In this document: piece by piece, positions 31,147 through 32,000 of the stretch
How the letters are laid out: each line of letters begins with the position of its first letter
Numbering within the stretch: position 1 is the stretch's first letter
Position numbers and translations under genes: made by a program
DNA from: Candidatus Kuenenia stuttgartensis
GTDB taxonomy: Bacteria; Planctomycetota; Brocadiia; Brocadiales; Brocadiaceae
Assembly: GCF_900232105.1 (NCBI RefSeq)
Contig: NZ_LT934425.1
Coordinates: 4,050,001-4,082,000 of the forward strand
Direction: 5' to 3'
DNA length: 32,000 nucleotides
The notes under the pieces: generated by a model
What the model was told of the DNA's origin: nothing
The model's input: the letters and a program-made list of their open reading frames with translations, nothing else
Database searches by the model: none

Positions 31147-32000
31147 CTAAATGCCCTCTTCTTTTTCAGCAATAACATTTCTTGCCAGAGAGACAATTTT
31201 ATACCGGTCTTCGTCAATGAGTTGTTCTCCTTTTTCAATCTTCTGGCATACGTCAGGCAATTTTTCAGTCACTTCTTTACTGATGGCGGATTCCGCTGCA
31301 GAAATAAGCTCTATGGGCGATTTATCCAATAAGCCTTCCACTACTGCCATTAAAACAACAATTTGCACAGAAACCGGCACAGGTTGAAACTGTGGCTGTT
31401 TGAGAATCTCACGGACACGTTTCCCACGCTCAATAATTTTTCGGGTTGATTCATCTAACCGCGTGCTGAAACGCGCAAACCTCTCCAACTCCTCAAATTG
31501 AGCGTAAGAAAGCCGTAAATCACTTGCCACCATCCTGTAAGACGGAAATTGTGCCTTGCCCCCGACTCTGGATACCGACCTCCCTACATTTACAGCCGGC
31601 ATAATCCCTTTCTGCGCAAGTTCCGGAGATAGATAAATCTGTCCGTCAGTGATAGAAATCAAATTTGTAGGAATATACGCCGAAATATTCTGCGCTTCCG
31701 TCTCAATAATAGGCAAAGAGGTCAAAGACCCTCCTCCAAGCTCTTTTTTCAGGTGTGTGGATCTTTCCAGCAGGCGGGAATGAATATAAAAAATATCGCC
31801 GGGAAAAGCTTCCCTGCCAGGCGGCCTTCTCAGCAGGAGGGATAGTTCCCGGTATGCCCGTGCATGATTCGTTAAATCATCGTACACGATGAGCACATCC
31901 TCTCCCTTATACATGAAATATTCCGCCATGGCAGTGGCGGCATAAGGAGCGATATATTTCATTCCGGGAGTCGATTCACCAGCGGCAACCACGATAATTG
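31147..32000 (-). CDS. atpA: F1 ATPase alpha subunit, C-terminal ~284 codons; N-terminus lies outside the window
   Basis: It reads [32 protein letters not shown] and [33 protein letters not shown], conserved alpha-subunit blocks. The frame is open to the window edge. The stop abuts the atpG start. Confidence 0.9.
   Translation of the reverse strand, partial: IIVVAAGESTPGMKYIAPYAATAMAEYFMYKGEDVLIVYDDLTNHARAYRELSLLLRRPPGREAFPGDIFYIHSRLLERSTHLKKELGGGSLTSLPIIETEAQNISAYIPTNLISITDGQIYLSPELAQKGIMPAVNVGRSVSRVGGKAQFPSYRMVASDLRLSYAQFEELERFARFSTRLDESTRKIIERGKRVREILKQPQFQPVPVSVQIVVLMAVVEGLLDKSPIELISAAESAISKEVTEKLPDVCQKIEKGEQLIDEDRYKIVSLARNVIAEKEEGI

Overview
The backbone resembles a roughly 40-50% G+C bacterium. 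A stand-alone Ni-CODH and the tail of an N-type ATPase operon suggest an anaerobe, but the taxon cannot be assigned from this window. Accessory DNA and small repeats interrupt the backbone heavily. From left to right: (1) a 5'-truncated membrane-fusion protein, a CzcA-type HME-RND pump and ynfA. (2) At 4.9-11.4 kb, a graveyard of decayed defence and toxin-antitoxin genes. It holds a RhuM/HsdS remnant, DUF433 with a decayed DUF5615 partner, a 2.2-kb IS with about 45-bp inverted repeats that splits a small operon, a small ORF with an in-frame TGA, a frameshifted AlbA_2/HATPase_c_4 gene, and an intact vapBC. (3) At 11.4-18.9 kb, a visibly AT-richer CusCBA-like operon bracketed by two related MITEs. 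A four-helix-bundle (23S-IVS-protein family) cassette is wedged between its cusB-like and cusA-like genes. (4) Housekeeping genes: tandem-Usp, ribD-aroA and an orphan cooS. (5) hicB, an IS1380 element with perfect IRs and a target duplication, and a RAYT-like Y1/HUH transposase with a DnaA-domain-IV-like HTH. (6) An M23-like peptidase and atpA-atpG. The most unusual signal is a set of repeats built from tandem 7-nt units. Two inverted copies of one such family bracket the Y1-transposase locus in a REPtron-like layout. A second family (AAAATCY) flanks the four-helix-bundle cassette and reappears in frame inside the cusA-like gene. All calls come from reading the sequence and from remembered family motifs; no database search was run.
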